A stretch of 64,000 bases of DNA, taken from positions 6,790,208 to 6,854,207 of the forward strand of contig JAZGQO010000014.1 in the NCBI GenBank assembly GCA_036850965.1, read 5' to 3'. Positions 50,346-62,751 of the stretch are shown piece after piece. Source of the DNA: Patella caerulea. Lineage: Eukaryota. The notes under the pieces are model-generated. The model did not search any database. It saw only the letters and a program-made list of their open reading frames with translations, and was not told the origin of the DNA. The position numbers and the translations under genes are program-made. Numbering within the stretch: position 1 is the first letter of the stretch; each line of letters opens with the position of its first letter.

Positions 50346-51520
50346 TTGAGACAGGGTTAATGCACCATTCCTTTTTTAGACTTTTATTTTTGAGACCGTT
50401 CATATTGGGGTAGCCCCTTTAACTTTTACATATTAGCTTTCAAAAAAATATACAGTATTATGGAATTATTGTGGATTATTATATTTCCCATGAGGCTTTA
50501 TGCTTGTTTTCGAGCATAATATTGGTCCTTTAAAAAAAATGTTTTCGTTGCATACATTTTTCTATTCAAAATCTGTAGTATCAAAGCTTTAACAGAAATA
50601 GAATTTAATGTTCAGCCATCACCATCGTGTGAATGGAATGATGAACTGTAATCTAAAAGATCAAATTATTGAATCAGTAATCTCATTCTGTCTCAGACAT
50701 AATAACTTTAAGCTTATGTTAGTTTGGGTCTACCAAATTTCTTGTAAGAATGTTGAGTGTTCTCTATCTTCAGATCCTGATTTTGTTTACTGTGTAAGCA
50801 AGTTGTATAATGTGTCGCCATAACATTAATTTAACCAGGCCTGTTCAACTAAATCTAAGTCTGAAATAATACAATGTCTAGTTCCAGTAGCCTCAATCGC
50901 TTCGACCATGTCATTTCCTTCTCTAAAAAAAGGTTGCCAGGCATAGAAACATACGCCCACCAGCAGCTAAATCGTCTGGGCAGTCAACAAGAGTTGTCGC
51001 ATATTAAGTAGTTATCAGAAAATCATTAGAATTTGTTTGGTTCTTATAAAGTTCTGCCCCATGCTAACATTTAGTATACGAAACATTTAATATTATGGAT
51101 TTAGCTGTTCAATTATCAAAATTCATTGAAAATCAAACTCAACCATTATTAATGTGTAACAGGGATATAGTCAAACGTATTTTTTAATTTGGAATAAATT
51201 AAAAAACATGATTTTTTCGTACAATCAGGGGCCATAATTCAGGTTATAGTCCAATGTGCCCGAATATCGAAACTGCAATCTTTGGGTTATAAACTTAAAT
51301 TTCAAATGTCATCTAAATCGGATTAAAATTGTGACCTCCACAGGGTCCACAACATGGATATATCATACTTTTACATTATTCGCGTACTAGCGGCAGCCAT
51401 TTTGTCCGGCAGTTTTGGTTCGATTTTTACGAAATTCGATCTCAACCTTCATTACAGTGCAACGGTGATATAATCAAACATTTTTTAATAATTGAGACCC
51501 CTAGAGGAATCACAAGCTAA

Positions 51521-52841
51521 AAAATAGGTTGCCAGGCAACGAAACATACGCCCACACAGCAGCCAAATCGTCCGGGCAGTCAACAAGAGTTGTTGCATTT
51601 TAAGTAATCATCAGAAAATCATAATTCAAACTCACCCATAACTACGGTGTAACTGTGATATAATCAAACGTTCTTTTAATTAGATAATAATTGTGACCTC
51701 CAGAGGGACCACAAGCTAAAAAGGGTTATTTTTCCTACAATCAGGGGCCATAATTCAGGAAGTTACGATCCGATATGGGCAAATATGCAATGGAACCAAG
51801 ATCATTAGGTTATTAACATGTATTTCAAGATTCATAAAAATCAGTTCAAAATTGAGACCTTTATAGGGTCCACAACCTTGATATAACATATTTTCTCACA
51901 ATTCGCGTACAGACGGCAGCCATTTTATCCGTCAACTCTGGTCCAATTTTCACGAAATTCAAATTCTCTCTTCATTACCATGAAACGGTGATATAATCAA
52001 ACGGTTTTTTAAATCGGATAATAATTTTGACCTCCAGAGGGACCACAAGCTAACAAAAGCGATTTTTCGGACAATCAGGGGACATAATTCAGGAAGTTAT
52101 GATCCGATGGGCGCAAATATCGAAAGCAACCAAGACCTTTGGGTTATAAACATACATGTCAAGTTTCATCAAAATCTGTTCAAAATTGTGACCTCTATAG
52201 GGTCCACAACCTTGATATAACATATTTTCACACTATTCGTGTACAAACTTCAGCCATTTTGTCTATCAATTCTAGTACGATTTTCACGAAATTCAAACTC
52301 TCTCTTCATTACCATGTAACGGTGATATAATCAAACGTTTTTTTAAATCGGATAATAATTTTGACCTCCAGAGGAACCAAACACTAACAAAATTGATCTT
52401 TCGGACAATCCGGGGACATAATTCAGGAAGTTATGATCCGATGGGCGCAAATATCGAAAGGAACCAAGATCTTTGGGTTATAAACATACATGTCAAGTTT
52501 CATCAAAATCGGTTCAAAATTGTGACCTCTTTTAGGTCCACAACCTTGATATAACATATTTTCACACTATTCGCGTAAAAACGGCGGCCATTTTGTTCGT
52601 CAATTTTGGTCCAATTTTCACGAAATTCAAAGTCAACCTTCATAACCATGGAACGGTGACATAATCAAACGTTTTTTTAAATCGGATAACAATTTTGACC
52701 TCCAGAGGGACCACAATCAGGAAGTTACGATCCGATTTGCGCAAATATCAAAAGGAACCAAGATCTTTGGGTTATAAACATGCATTTCAAGTTTCATCCA
52801 AATCGGTTCTAAATTGTGACCTCTACACTGTTCACAAGCTA
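51521..52841 (+). mobile_element. HINE2 sub-element B within the array (long head at 51521-51620, about 4 units, no tail; abuts the next head)
   Basis: The head aaaaaataggttgccaggcaacgaaacatacgcccacacagcagccaaatcgtccgggcagtcaacaagagttgttgcatt follows an A-run. It ends where the short-type head begins at 52842. Confidence 0.55.
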
Positions 52842-54834
52842 AAAGATAGGCTGGCACTGCCAGGCAGGATACGCCCACATTTTTGAGAGATGGATAGAGA
52901 ACAAGCAATACCGAAAGTGATTTTTCCTACATGTACATCATTAAGTCCTGTATTTCATACTGTATTGGGAGCAGCCATTTTGTTGGTCAGTTCCAGTCTG
53001 ATATTCATGAAATTCGAAGCCGACAATGATTATGGTGTGACGGTACACAACCTAGAAATGTTACTTTTCGTCAAAATCGGATAAGAATTGTGACCTGTAG
53101 AGAGTGCACAACCATGATATACCATATTTTTACACTATTCGCGTACAAACGGTGACCATTTCGAGTGGCAATTTTGGTACGATTTTCACGAAATTCGAAC
53201 TCAACCTTCCTTACGTATGTACAGTGCAACAATAATATAATCAGAGTTTTTTTTATAAATCAGATAATAATTGTTCGAGAGATAGACAGAGAACAAGCAA
53301 TACCGAAAGTGATTTTTCCTACAATCAAAGGCCATAATTTATTAAGTTATAATTTGATATGTGCAAATATCGAGAAGAATAAAGATCTTTAGGTTATAAA
53401 CAAGCATTTCAGGTTTCATCAAAATCGAATTAAAAATTGTTACCTCTACAGGGTCCACAACTTTGATATACCATATTTTCACACTGTTCGCGAACAAACG
53501 GCGGCCATTTTTTCTGGCAATTATGGTCCGATTTTCTCGAAATTCAAACTCAATCTTCCGTAGGGTGTAACGGTGATAGAGTCAAACGTTTTTTTTAAAT
53601 CGGATAATAATTGTGACCTCCAGAGGGACCATAGGTGATTTTTCGGACAATCAGGGGCCATAATTCAGGAAGTTACGATCCGATATGGGCAAATAACGAA
53701 AGGAACCAAGATCTTTGGGTTATAACCATGCATTTCAAGTTTCATCAAAATCAAATTAACATTGTGACCTCTACAGGGTCCACAACCATGATATACAATT
53801 TTTTAACAGTATTTGCGTACAAACGGCGGCCATTTTGTATGGCAATTTTGGTCTGATTTTCCCCAAATTCGAACTCAACCTTCCTTACAGTGTAACGGTA
53901 ATATTATCAACCGTTTTATTAAATCGGATAATAATTGTGACCACCAGAGGGACCGCAAGCTGAAATAAGGCGATTTTGCGTATAATCAGGGGCCATAATT
54001 CAGGAAGTTACAATCCGATATGCGCAAATATCGAAAGGAACCAAGATCTTTGGGTTATAACCATGAATTTCAAGTTTCATCAAAATCGATTTAAAAATGT
54101 GACTTTTACAAGGTCCACAAACCATGATATACAATTTTTTAACAGTATTCGCGTACAAACGGCGGCCATTTTGTATAGCAATTTTCGTCCGATTTTCCCG
54201 AAATTCGAACTCAACCTTCCTTAGGGTGTAACGGTGATATAATCAAACGGTTTTTTAAATCGGATAATAATTGTGACCTCCAGAGGGACCACAAGCTAAA
54301 AAGGGTGATTTTTCGGACAATCAGGGGCCATAATTCAGGAAATTACATTCCGATAGGTGCAAATATCGATAGGAACCAAGATCTTTGGGTTATAAACATA
54401 CATGTCAAGTTTCATCAAAATCGGTTCAAAATTGTGACCTCTATAGGGTCCACAAGCTAAAAACGTGATTTTTCGTACAATCAGGGGCCATAATCCATGA
54501 AGTTTTCATCCAATACATGCCAATATCGAAAGGAACCGAGATCTTTTGGGGATAAACCTATATTTCAAGTTTCGTCAAAATCGGATAAGAATATTGTGAC
54601 CTGTGATTTTTCGTACAATCAGGGGCCATAACCCATGAAGTTACAGTTCGATAGATGCCAATATCGAAAGGAACCAAGATCTTAGGGTGATAAACCTATA
54701 TTTTAAGTTTCAGTGAAATCGGATAAAAATTGTGACCTGTAGACTGTTCACAAACAATTGTGGACGGACGGACGAACGGACGAACAGGGGCGACGACAAT
54801 ATTCGTCCACATGAAAATGTGGGCGTATAAAAAG
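52842..54834 (+). mobile_element. HINE2 sub-element C (short head at 52842, about 6 units, canonical tail 54756-54834)
   Basis: Head and tail are both present. The head segment atacgcccacattttt is the inverse of the tail gaaaatgtgggcgtat, a 16-bp subterminal TIR. Confidence 0.6.
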
Positions 54835-56034
54835 TCGATTTTGCATACAATCAGGGGCTATAATTCAGGAAGCTACAATCCGATATGCGCAAATATCAAC
54901 TCTGGTCCAATTGTCACGAAATTCAAATTCTCTCTTCATTACCATGAAACGGTGATATAATCAAACGGTTTTTTTAAATCGGATAATAATTTTGACCTCC
55001 AGAGGGACCACAAGCTAACAAAAGCGATTTTTCTGACAATCAGGGGACATAATTCAGGAAGTTATGATCTGATGGGCGCAAATATCAAAAGGAACCAAGA
55101 CCTTTGGGTTATAAACATACATGTCAAGTTTCATCAAAATCTGTTCAAAATTGTGACCTCTTTAGGGTCCACAACCTTGATATAACATATTTTCACACTA
55201 TTCGTGTACAAACTTCAGCCATTTTGTCTATCAATTCTAGTACGATTTTCACGAAATTCAAACTCTCTCTTCATTACCATGTAACGGTGATATAATCAAA
55301 CGTTTTTTTAAATCGGATAATAATTTTGACCTCCAGAGGAACCAAACGCTAACAAAATTGATCTTTCGGACAATCCGGGGACATAATTCAGGAAGTTATG
55401 ATCCGATGGGCGCAAATATCGAAAGGAACCAAGATCTTTGGGTTATAAACATACATGTCAAGTTTCATCAAAATCGGTTCAAAATTGTGACCTCTTTTAG
55501 GTCCACAACCTTGATATAACATATTTTCACACTATTCGCGTACAAACGGCGGCCATTTTGTTCATCAATTTTGGTCCAATTTTCACGAAATTCACAGTCA
55601 ACCTTCATAACCATGGAACGGTGACATAATCAAACGGTTTTTTAAATCGGATAACAATTTTGACCTCCAGAGGGACCACAATCAGGAAGTTACGATCCGA
55701 TTTGCGCAAATATCAAAAGGAACCAAGATCTTTGGGTTATAAACATGCATTTCAAGTTTCATCCAAATCAGTTCAAAATTGTGACCTCTACTCTGTTCAA
55801 AAGCTAAAAAACGTGATTTTTCGTAAAATCAGGAGCCATAACCCATTAAGTTACAGTCCGATAGATGCCAATATCGAAAGGAACCAAGATCTTAGGGTGA
55901 TAAACCTATATTTTAAGTTTCAGTGAAATCGGATAAAAATTGTGACCTGTAGACTGTTCACAAACAATTGTGGACGGACGGACGAACAGGGGCGACGACA
56001 ATATTCGTCCACATGAAAATGTGGGCGTATAAAA
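54835..56034 (+). mobile_element. HINE2 sub-element D (no head, about 3.5 units, canonical tail 55957-56034)
   Basis: Unit sequence resumes immediately after the previous tail (..gggcgtataaaaagtcgattttgcatacaatcaggggctataattcagg..). This is consistent with tandem insertion at element ends. Confidence 0.5.
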
Positions 56035-56938
56035 AGTCGATTTTGCGTACAATCAGGGGCTATAATTCAGGAAGCTACAATCCGATATGCGCAAATATTA
56101 AAAACCATGATCTTTGGATTTTAAACACGTTTCATCAAAATAGTATTATTAAATTGTGACCTCCACAGGGTCCATAATAACCTTGATATACCATATCTTT
56201 ACACTATTCGCATTCAAGCGGCGGCCATTTTGCCTGGCAATTTTGTTCTGTTTTTCACTAAATTCGAACCCAATCTCCATTACAATATAACGGTGATATA
56301 ATCAGACGTTTTTGTAAATCGAATAATAATTATGACCTCTAGCGAGACCACAAGGTAAAAACGGACATTTTTCGTACAACCTTGATATGACATATTTTCA
56401 CAAATAGCGGCCATTTTGTCCTTCAATTTTGGTCCCATTTTCACGAAATTCGAACTCAACCTTCATTACCATGTAACGGTGATATAATCAAACGTTTTTT
56501 TTTTTAAATCGGATAATAAGTTTGACCTCCAGAGGTACCAATAGCTAAAATGGGCGATTTTTCATAAAATCAGGGGCCATAATTCAAGAAGTTATGATCC
56601 GATATGTGCAAATATCAAATGGAACCAAGATCTTTGGGTTATAAATATGCATTTCAAGTTTGATCAAAATCGGTTCAAAATTGCGACCTCTAAACTGTTC
56701 ACAAGCTAAAAACGTGATTTTTCGTACAATCAGGGGCCATGACCCATGGAGTTACAGTCCAATACATGCCAATATCGAAAGGAACCGAGATCTTTGGGTG
56801 ATAAACCTTCATTTCAAGTTTCATCGAAATCAGATAAAAATTGTGACCTGTAGACGGTTGACAAACAATTGTGGACGGACGAACGAGCAGGGGTGACACG
56901 ACAATATACGTCCACATGAAAATGTGGGTGTATAAAAA
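56035..56938 (+). mobile_element. HINE2 sub-element E (about 2.5 units, tail 56862-56938)
   Basis: The tail is caattgtggacggacgaacgagcaggggtgacacgacaatatacgtccacatgaaaatgtgggtgtataaaaa. Confidence 0.5.
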
Positions 56939-57284
56939 TTGATAGCTGAGACAATGCTCATTTACACTTGAAAAGTTTTTGCCCAACATTAAAACCATCT
57001 GTAGTGGGTAACAGAGCTTGTCAAGAAAAGAAACATACCATTACCACAATATAACTACAAGTGCATTCAAAAAGATTGGATAATAATGGTGGCATCCAAA
57101 GCCCTGCATAGGGAAAGTTACGACAACTCATTTACAGGCGGCATTTTGGGTCCCAACTATAACGCCATAAAAACTATAACGTCATGGCGTCATATAGCTT
57201 TACATTTGATTTTTTTCTTGGTGTATAGTTTTATTGCAAAATTGCAAAAGAATAGTTCGAATAGTTCGGTTACAGTCTCTAAAC

Positions 57285-57450
57285 CATGATGTATCCTGCC
57301 TTCGGATAGAGTCCCCCTTAACAATCATGTACCCTGTAGTTCGGATAGAGTCTTTAAAAAGGGTGACCACCCGTTCCGCATTTTGCGGGACAGTGCCGCA
57401 AAATGTTCCCTGTCTCGTGTCACGAATACCAGTCAAAATGTCCCGCAATT
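57285..57450. repeat. Composite short repeats R6 (catgatgta.cctg..ggatagagtc, 2 units) and R5 hairpin copy
   Basis: R6 units lie at 57286-57350 and are homologous to 59715-59850. R5 (57355-57450) is homologous to 44467-44560. Confidence 0.45.
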
Positions 57451-57689
57451 CCTTACATGGACGATTTCTATTACAGATGCATGAAGCTAGTCTAGCGATA
57501 ATCTATTTGAGTATTAGTTGAGTGAAAATACTGAAAGACCCACCACGAAGAAGGTCTTTTGGTACCAACTTGTAGATGACCTTTCCCTGTACATCATACT
57601 AAAAATCCACCGAAAACCCATCGGCGCGGTTCCCCCTTGCCACTGTTGCAACACAGAGGGCCTTGGACAACGTATACTCGTTCGGATGA

Positions 57690-57836
57690 GATGTAAAAGA
57701 ATACTTGGCAGTTAGAATTCAATATAAGAGTAGGCCGTAGCACCGGTCCTGGGCACAATTTCCCTCATAGGACATAATATGGCGTATGCACCTTTTCGTT
57801 AGCCCAGTCGGGCATTTAACCCCTATTTCATTTACG
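57690..57836 (+). mobile_element. SINE 3' portion (same family as 42683-43046, plus orientation)
   Basis: gatgtaaaagaatacttggcagttagaattcaatataagagtaggccgtagcaccggtcctgggcacaatttccctcataggacataatatggcgtatgcacc..gggcatttaacccctatttcatttacg. It may extend 5' to about 57545 at lower identity. Confidence 0.5.
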
Positions 57837-58187
57837 TTTATATATGTAATTAACATACGAATTGAAAAATATTGCACGAACCAAGACAGAAATCATAGAA
57901 TATAATTTATATAACATCGACACCCCACCCCCTGTCTTGCACTACAACATCTAACCACTACCACCAGCGCAACCGACAACACCACGACTGTCACCACACA
58001 GCTTTGTCCTACGCTAGACCTTTTCAATGGAATAAACAACCAAAGTCAATCATTGTCAGTGGGCCATTTAAAACACAAAACAGTCGTTGGAGAGAGAGAA
58101 GAGAGAGAAAAAGAAAAGTCGGATTTTAGGCCACACTACCACGAAAAAGACCAGGAGAAAAACCACGAGTTTAACCAATTCCCCCCC

Positions 58188-58204
58188 CACACACACACAC
58201 ACAC
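58188..58204. repeat. (CA)n microsatellite within an AC/GA-rich low-complexity tract (57900-58210)
   Basis: cacacacacacacacac. A nearby (GA)n-like run gagagagagaagagagagaaaaagaaaag lies at 58091-58120. Confidence 0.85.
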
Positions 58205-58321
58205 CTCTTACCTAAAAGACAATAAAAGTAAGTAAATAAATACTAGTATTTGTTACATGGTGAATCACAAAAACCCAGAACATTAGCTGGGGCATTTGCG
58301 GTACCCTATTTTTTATATATA

Positions 58322-58479
58322 TAAAGTTTTCGTGTCCCAAAGCATCAACCAATCAAATTGCTTATCTCTGCTTACCCTAAGCGGAAAATGCTCATCTTCG
58401 AACTCCATCAAGGCAATGACCTAATAAACACATACACCAAGTTTGAACATTCTAGCTCTTCGAAAGGCGGGGGACAAAA
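58322..58479 (+). mobile_element. Solo 5'-truncated HINE1 (one monomer plus 3' hairpin, microsatellite deleted)
   Basis: ttttcgtgtcccaaagcatcaaccaatcaaattgcttatctctgcttaccctaagcggaaaatgctcatcttcgaactccatcaaggcaatgacctaataaacacatacaccaagtttgaacattctagctcttcgaaaggcgggggacaaaaaaaaa. Confidence 0.7.
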
Positions 58480-59714
58480 AAAAACTATTGAACGATGACG
58501 GATGTATCGAATTGCCTGTTTCTCTATTTTACTCTGTATTATATACACTTAATCTAATTGAGTATCAATTGCATTCGCTTTCTCGTCTCTTGAATTATTA
58601 AAATTCAAATAACCTATTGATGCATAATAGATGATGGTGTAAAGGTATCTTGTATTATTAATATAGCATGACATGGTGATCAATCAGGGAAGGTTATTAG
58701 ATGCATTATGTAAAGTTTAGATAGTTTAAAACATAACGCTAACACTACAATATGTCCACATTCCTGATTTGATTGATATGGTACTTTATCAAGAAGGCTA
58801 GGCGCTTGGTTTGTTTAGCGTTGAGGGTCGTGCATCAACATCAATAGTTGCCTTCCTTAGAGCATAAAAAATAAGTATACCGGTACCAAGATAATGTGGA
58901 CGTATAAAAATGGAAAATGAAAAGATGTTGAAAATGTCAGTAAAATTACTTAATTCTGAGAGGAGTCGTTTACAGAACAGTGTAGTGTCGATTGTCATTT
59001 TTAAATTAAATCATATATCTGTTGAAAATCAAAACCATCCGAAGTTCTAGAGAGTTGATTATGGGCCTGGTATGTAAATAAATGTTGCATAAATTATTTA
59101 TATAACATTGAGGTCAAAAGAAACATCTGCAATAGGCTCATTTATTTCTTAAATAATGCATCTTTAACCAGCATAACATCCTTTATACTCGGGTATTATA
59201 AAATATCAACAAGTTTCACAGCATTCAGCATGATTAAACATCAGGGATAAAATCTCAATACGTTTCAATTACGTTCGACATGATTTAATCTAAGCGATAA
59301 ACGATTAATGTACCTGGATGATAATTCGGCAGCCATTTGATTTTAACTTAAAAATTTCATTCAACGTCATGATATATATTTACATGCACCCTTTCAAACG
59401 GTTCTGTCGTGCAAATTAATAATTTATATATTTACAGCTACAAAAGAAATTGTGTTTGCATACCATTTGAATATCATATGACTTGAATATATATTGTTGT
59501 ATGTATTATCATCCCCAAAAATTCATGGTAAGTATATAGGCATATCATATGACATACGAATACAAACCAAGCTGAATATTTTATAGTTTGATTTTCTATT
59601 GTTGGTATGTTGAAAAGTGAAGTAACTATATATCAACATTGTTATGCATACTGCCTCAGTTCTTTTTAAATAGATAATGATGTCCTGCAATATGATCAAG
59701 CAAAAGTGGTCACC

Positions 59715-59850
59715 CTAATTAAACCATGATGTACCCTTTAGTTAGATGTATCCTGTAGGTCAGATAATCTCCAATCAATTATCTACCCTGTAGTCTCTAA
59801 AACATGATGTACCCTGTAGTTCAGGTAGACTCTCTACACCAGGGGTAAAC
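59715..59850. repeat. R6 short tandem repeat (about 35-bp units ..catgatgtaccctgtagtt.ag.tagactc..), 3-4 units
   Basis: aaaccatgatgtaccctttagttagatgtatcctgtaggtcagataatctcc..ctaaaacatgatgtaccctgtagttcaggtagactctc. It is homologous to 57286-57350. Confidence 0.5.
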
Positions 59851-59880
59851 CATAGTTTTGTTAAAAAAAAAAAATTAAAG

Positions 59881-61504
59881 ATAGGTTGCCAGGCAACGAA
59901 ACATACGCCCACAGCTGCTAAATCGTCAGGGCAGTCAACAAGGGTTGTCGCATATTTTTACTTTTTTCGGTAATGAAACATTTGTAATACAGTAAAAACT
60001 GATTAAGAGTAACAACTCGCTATGTAATTATCAGAAAATCATTAGAATTTGATTGCTTTTTATAAAGTTTTACCCCACGCTAACAATTAGTATATACATG
60101 AAACATTTAATATCATGGATTTAGCTGTTCAGTTATCAAAATTCATTGAAAATCAAAATACTTGTTCGTTTTAACACCTTAAACTATGTGTATCAATCTG
60201 AAGTCAATTGGATGATAAGTTTGGCCTCTATAGCGTCACAAGATTTTTTGAAGTTATCAAGATAGATAACTCTGGCAGTAATTATTTGAAATCTCTGAAA
60301 ATCAATAGGCTTCTTCGTCTCATGACCTTAAACACTGTGTGTAAAATTAAAGTCGATCGGATATTAATTTTGGCCTCTAGAGCTTCCACAGGATTTTTTC
60401 GAAGTGATCAAGGGCCATAACTCTGGCAGTAATTATTTAAAATCACTGACAATCGATAGACGTCGTCATCTCATGACTGTAAACATTATGTATAAATTTG
60501 AAGTCAATCAAATGTTAACTTTGGCCTCTAGAGCATCCACAAGATTTTTTGAAGTGATCAAGGGCCATAACTCTGGCAATAATTATCGGAAATCGCTGAA
60601 AATCAAAAGGCTTCTTCGTCTCATGACCTTAGACACTGTGTATAAATTTAAAGTCAATCAAATATTAACTTTGGCCTCTAGAGCGTCCACTGGATTTTTT
60701 GAAGTGATAAAGGGCCACAAGTCTGGCACTAATTATCGGAAAATCAATAGGATTCTTCGTCTCATGACCTTAAACACTGTGTATAAATTTAAAGTAAATC
60801 GGATATTAACTTTGGCCTCTAGAGCGTCCACAAGATTTTTTGACTTGATCAAAGGCCATAACTCTGGCACTAATTATCGGAAATCGCTGAAAATCAATAG
60901 GCTTCTTCGTCTCATGACCTTAAACACTGTGTATAAATTTGAAGTCAATAGGATATTAACTTTGGCCTCTTAGAGTGTTCAAAAGATTTTTTTTAAGTGA
61001 TCACGGGCCATAACTCTGGCACTAATTATCGGAAATCGCTGAAAATCAATAGGATTCTTTGTCTCATGACCTTAAACACTGTGTATAAATTTAAAGTCAA
61101 TCGGATATTAACTCTGGCCTCTAGAGCGTCCACAAGATTTGTTTAAGTGATCAAGGGCCATAACTCTGGCACTTATTATTGGAAATCGCTGAAAATCAAT
61201 AGGCTTCTTCGTCTCATGACCTTAAACACTGTGTATAAATTTAAAGTCAATCGGATATTAACTTTGGACTCTAGAGCGTCCACAAGCTTTTTTGAAGTGA
61301 TCAAGGGCCATAACTCTGGTATTTATCGGAAATCGCTGAAAAACAGGATTCTTCGTCTCATGACCTTAAACACTGTGTATGAATTTAAAGTCAATCAGAT
61401 ATTAACTTTAGCCTCTAGAGCATCCACAAGCAATTGTGGACGCCGGACCGACGGACGGGGTGACAACAATATACGACCACATTTCAATGTGGGCGTATAA
61501 AAAA
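59881..61504 (+). mobile_element. Complete SatB-type HINE: long head (59881-60200), 8.5 tandem 144/145-bp monomers (60200-61430), microsatellite and hairpin tail (61430-61504)
   Basis: The head ataggttgccaggcaacgaaacatacgcccacagctgctaaatcgtcagggcagtcaacaagggttgtcgcat.. follows an A12 run and is the same head type as 50925 and 51521. The monomers read gaagtgatcaagggccataactctggca.taattat..gaaatc.ctgaaaatcaataggcttcttcgtctcatgaccttaaacactgtgtataaatttaaagtcaatcggatattaactttggcctctagagcgtccacaagatttttt. The tail is caagcaattgtggacgccggaccgacggacggggtgacaacaatatacgaccacatttcaatgtgggcgtataaaaaagg. The head acatacgcccac is the inverse of the tail gtgggcgtat. Confidence 0.75.
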
Positions 61505-62374
61505 GGTGGTCCATCGTCAAATGAATTTTACGATATGACATAGTTTGTCTTAAATGAATATATTGTTAACAACGCTTAAAACATCTGGATGCAATAGATT
61601 TGGTGCAGAAAATTCTAGGTACACATAGATGTTTTATGTCAATAATTGATATACTTTATTGAACTTTATTCAACTCGACATAAAACTTAAAATTATATAC
61701 ACAGTTGGTTTAACTCGAATGTAGATATTCATAATCTACATTGCCATGTATGCACCTTTCGGTTGAATCATATCATAGAAATATATTATTTCATAATGTC
61801 TTACGTATTTGTCGACATCAAGGTGTACTTGTTCTATTGTTCCTTTTAGCCTTTGAATTTTCTTGTTTCACATTTAGCAGGGACGTATGCTTTTATAGAT
61901 GGAACAAAAATCTGATAAATGTTGAGATGGGTTGAACATACTCGATGAGATTTGTAACAAATATCAGACATATCTTTGATACTGGTTGAGCATCAGAACA
62001 ACATCATTTTTTTCATTGGAAATGGGGGACAAATACCCAAAGGAGTCGGACAAACTCAAAACTAACTGCGTCCCCTTCATTGTCTACCTTTGGAATAACA
62101 TGTCTTTGTATGTTACATTTGTGTTGGTAATATATTAGACAAATTAATATTATTATTTACCCATAGGCGGGGAGTGATAACGTCTTACCCCAAACAATTT
62201 GCAAAAGAAACCAAAAAGTTTCCGAGAGCGATATCTGGTATCGCATGACACTCATAATACATATACCCAAAACACATGTCGCGCGTAGCCATAGAGCAGA
62301 GTGGAGCTAGACACCTTTAATTTAAATTACACTGATTTTAAGTTACACAAATTTCAACTGTCATTAAGGGGTAA

Positions 62375-62745
62375 CTTTTTTATAATCAGATAAATTTTGT
62401 AATCTCTAGAGGGTACACAAGCTAAAAATATAATTTGTCGTACAATCAGGGGCCATAATTCAGGAAGGTGAGGTCCAGTAAACGCAAATATCGAAAGAAA
62501 CCAAGATGATTGGATCATAATCAAACATTTCAAGTTCCATCAAAATCATAACAAAATTGTGACTTCTAGAGTGTCCACAAACTTACATACTTTTACACTA
62601 TCTGCATACAAGGAGCGGCCATTTTGTTCAGCATTTTCGGTCAGCTTTTTACAAAATTTGAATTCAACCTTCATTGATGTTCAAGGGTTTTAAAAATTCA
62701 ATACAAATTCTATCGGGTACATATCTAGGAAGCTATGTTTTGATA
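62375..62745 (+). mobile_element. HINE2 fragment (about 1 unit, no ends)
   Basis: ..gtaatctctagagggtacacaagctaaaaatataatttgtcgtacaatcaggggccataattcaggaaggtgaggtccagtaaacgcaaatatcgaaagaaaccaagatgattgg..gtgacttctagagtgtccacaaac..ggagcggccattttgttcagcattttcggtcagc.. Confidence 0.55.
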
Positions 62746-62751
62746 CATGTG

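Larger units (their letters stand above)
50925..56938 (+). mobile_element. About 6-kb head-to-tail array of HINE2-family elements, about 18 units of about 330 bp with periodic embedded element heads and tails
   Basis: Heads occur at 50925 and 51521 (long type: aggttgccaggca(ac/ta)gaaacatacgcccac.cagcagc.aaatcgtc.gggcagtcaacaagagttgt.gcat..) and at 52842 (short type: aaagataggctggcactgccaggcaggatacgcccacatttttgagagatggatagagaacaagcaataccgaaagtg). Tails occur at 54756-54834, 55957-56034 and 56862-56938 (caattgtggacggacggacgaacgg..ggcgacgacaatattcgtccacatgaaaatgtgggcgtataaaaa). The unit period is measured between atcggataataattgtgacc motifs, for example 53595, 53922 and 54258. Confidence 0.75.

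Noticed and set aside
51000-57000. Many 60-100-aa ORFs (..IRGHNSGSYDPICANIERNQDLWVITMHFKFHQN..) across the HINE2 array
   Set aside because: They are repeat-frame artefacts. The same peptide recurs once per monomer on either strand. No codon-periodicity or homology argument supports coding.
50925-61504. Regular tandem arrays with conserved repeats, considered as possible CRISPR arrays
   Set aside because: Units are 145-330 bp with no short unique spacers, head and tail sequences are typical of Helitron-type elements, and the genome context is eukaryotic. No cas-like ORFs exist anywhere in the window.
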